DNA of 64,000 nt from positions 144,646,001 through 144,710,000 of the forward strand of contig OX597817.1 in the NCBI GenBank assembly GCA_951406725.2, given 5' to 3'. Numbering within the stretch: the stretch's first letter is position 1; each line of letters opens with the position of its first letter. This stretch comes from Octopus vulgaris. Lineage: Eukaryota. This document shows positions 63,330-64,000 of this stretch, in pieces. The notes below the pieces were generated by a model. The model was not told the origin of the DNA, made no database searches, and worked only from the letters and a program-made list of their open reading frames with translations. Both the position numbers and the translations under genes were made by a program.

Positions 63330-64000
63330 AATAACCTCAATAGAATAACTAAATTAAAATGTTTGAAAAATAAGATTGGATGAGAATGGTGGCTCTTACT
63401 TTTTAAAAACAGCTGGTGAAATCTTTCACTTAAAGCTGATAAAACCCGATATCATTTATACAGTGGCATCATATTATTTAACTCTAGCCTTCCACTTTTA
63501 TTAGGGAATCAAATTTGAGCCTTGTAAATCATCATCATCATCATCAAGGTCTACTCCTTGCTTCATGATTGCTTTTCCGTAGCAGCAAGATTTGTCTAAG
63601 ATTTCATCTGTGCAACACAGTTTCTGAGGTCTCTTGGTGTATCCGTTTCATAATATTAGCAATAGTCATAGCAAGCTTGAAAACATGTTTACTATTAAAA
63701 TATAGTAATTTAATATGATTCCTATGTCGTACTAGTATTGGCTCTGGAATGGTCTATGGTGAGGTTGTCTTTTATTCAACTTCATCTGACTCAGTCACAT
63801 GATTTTTTTTTTTTTTACTCAGTTTCAAAATTATCAACTTTAATCTGAAGCTGAAAATATTTTCTTAATTCCAAATCCTCTAGGATAATCCAGTAGTTTT
63901 GTCCATTGTCAGTTATCATATCTTGTTGATATCTTAATTCTTTTCAATATGTCTTATTCAGTCGCATGTTTAAAGGAATATATATATATATTCAAAATTC

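Overview
AT-rich animal genomic DNA with no confidently identifiable protein-coding gene. It is intronic or intergenic in character and saturated with interspersed repeats and microsatellites. The repeat content resembles an Octopus (coleoid cephalopod) genome, which is an inference from pattern recognition, not a search result. Three high-copy families dominate: SINE-A (tRNA head, central TA/CA microsatellite, AAAGAGT tail), SINE-B (tRNA-like head, alternative tails, multimers) and element C. Two loci (8.9-9.8 kb and 42.7-43.2 kb) show that C is the 3' end of an RTE LINE with internal hairpin tandem arrays and a (GAT)n tail. Also present are decayed RTE and CR1 fragments, Tc1/mariner, hAT, piggyBac-like, Helitron and Helentron-like non-autonomous elements. 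The most notable signal is a set of minimal type I hammerhead-ribozyme motifs of the Penelope-like-element (PLE) kind at 40.7, 41.0, 41.4, 47.1, 47.3 and 54.6 kb. One pair sits in a 214-bp-arm inverted repeat that encloses a tRNA-like Pol III head, a candidate SINE/retrozyme hybrid. Almost all listed ORFs are repeat or microsatellite translations. All coordinates were read by eye; repeat ends are approximate, and the family letters are my own labels.
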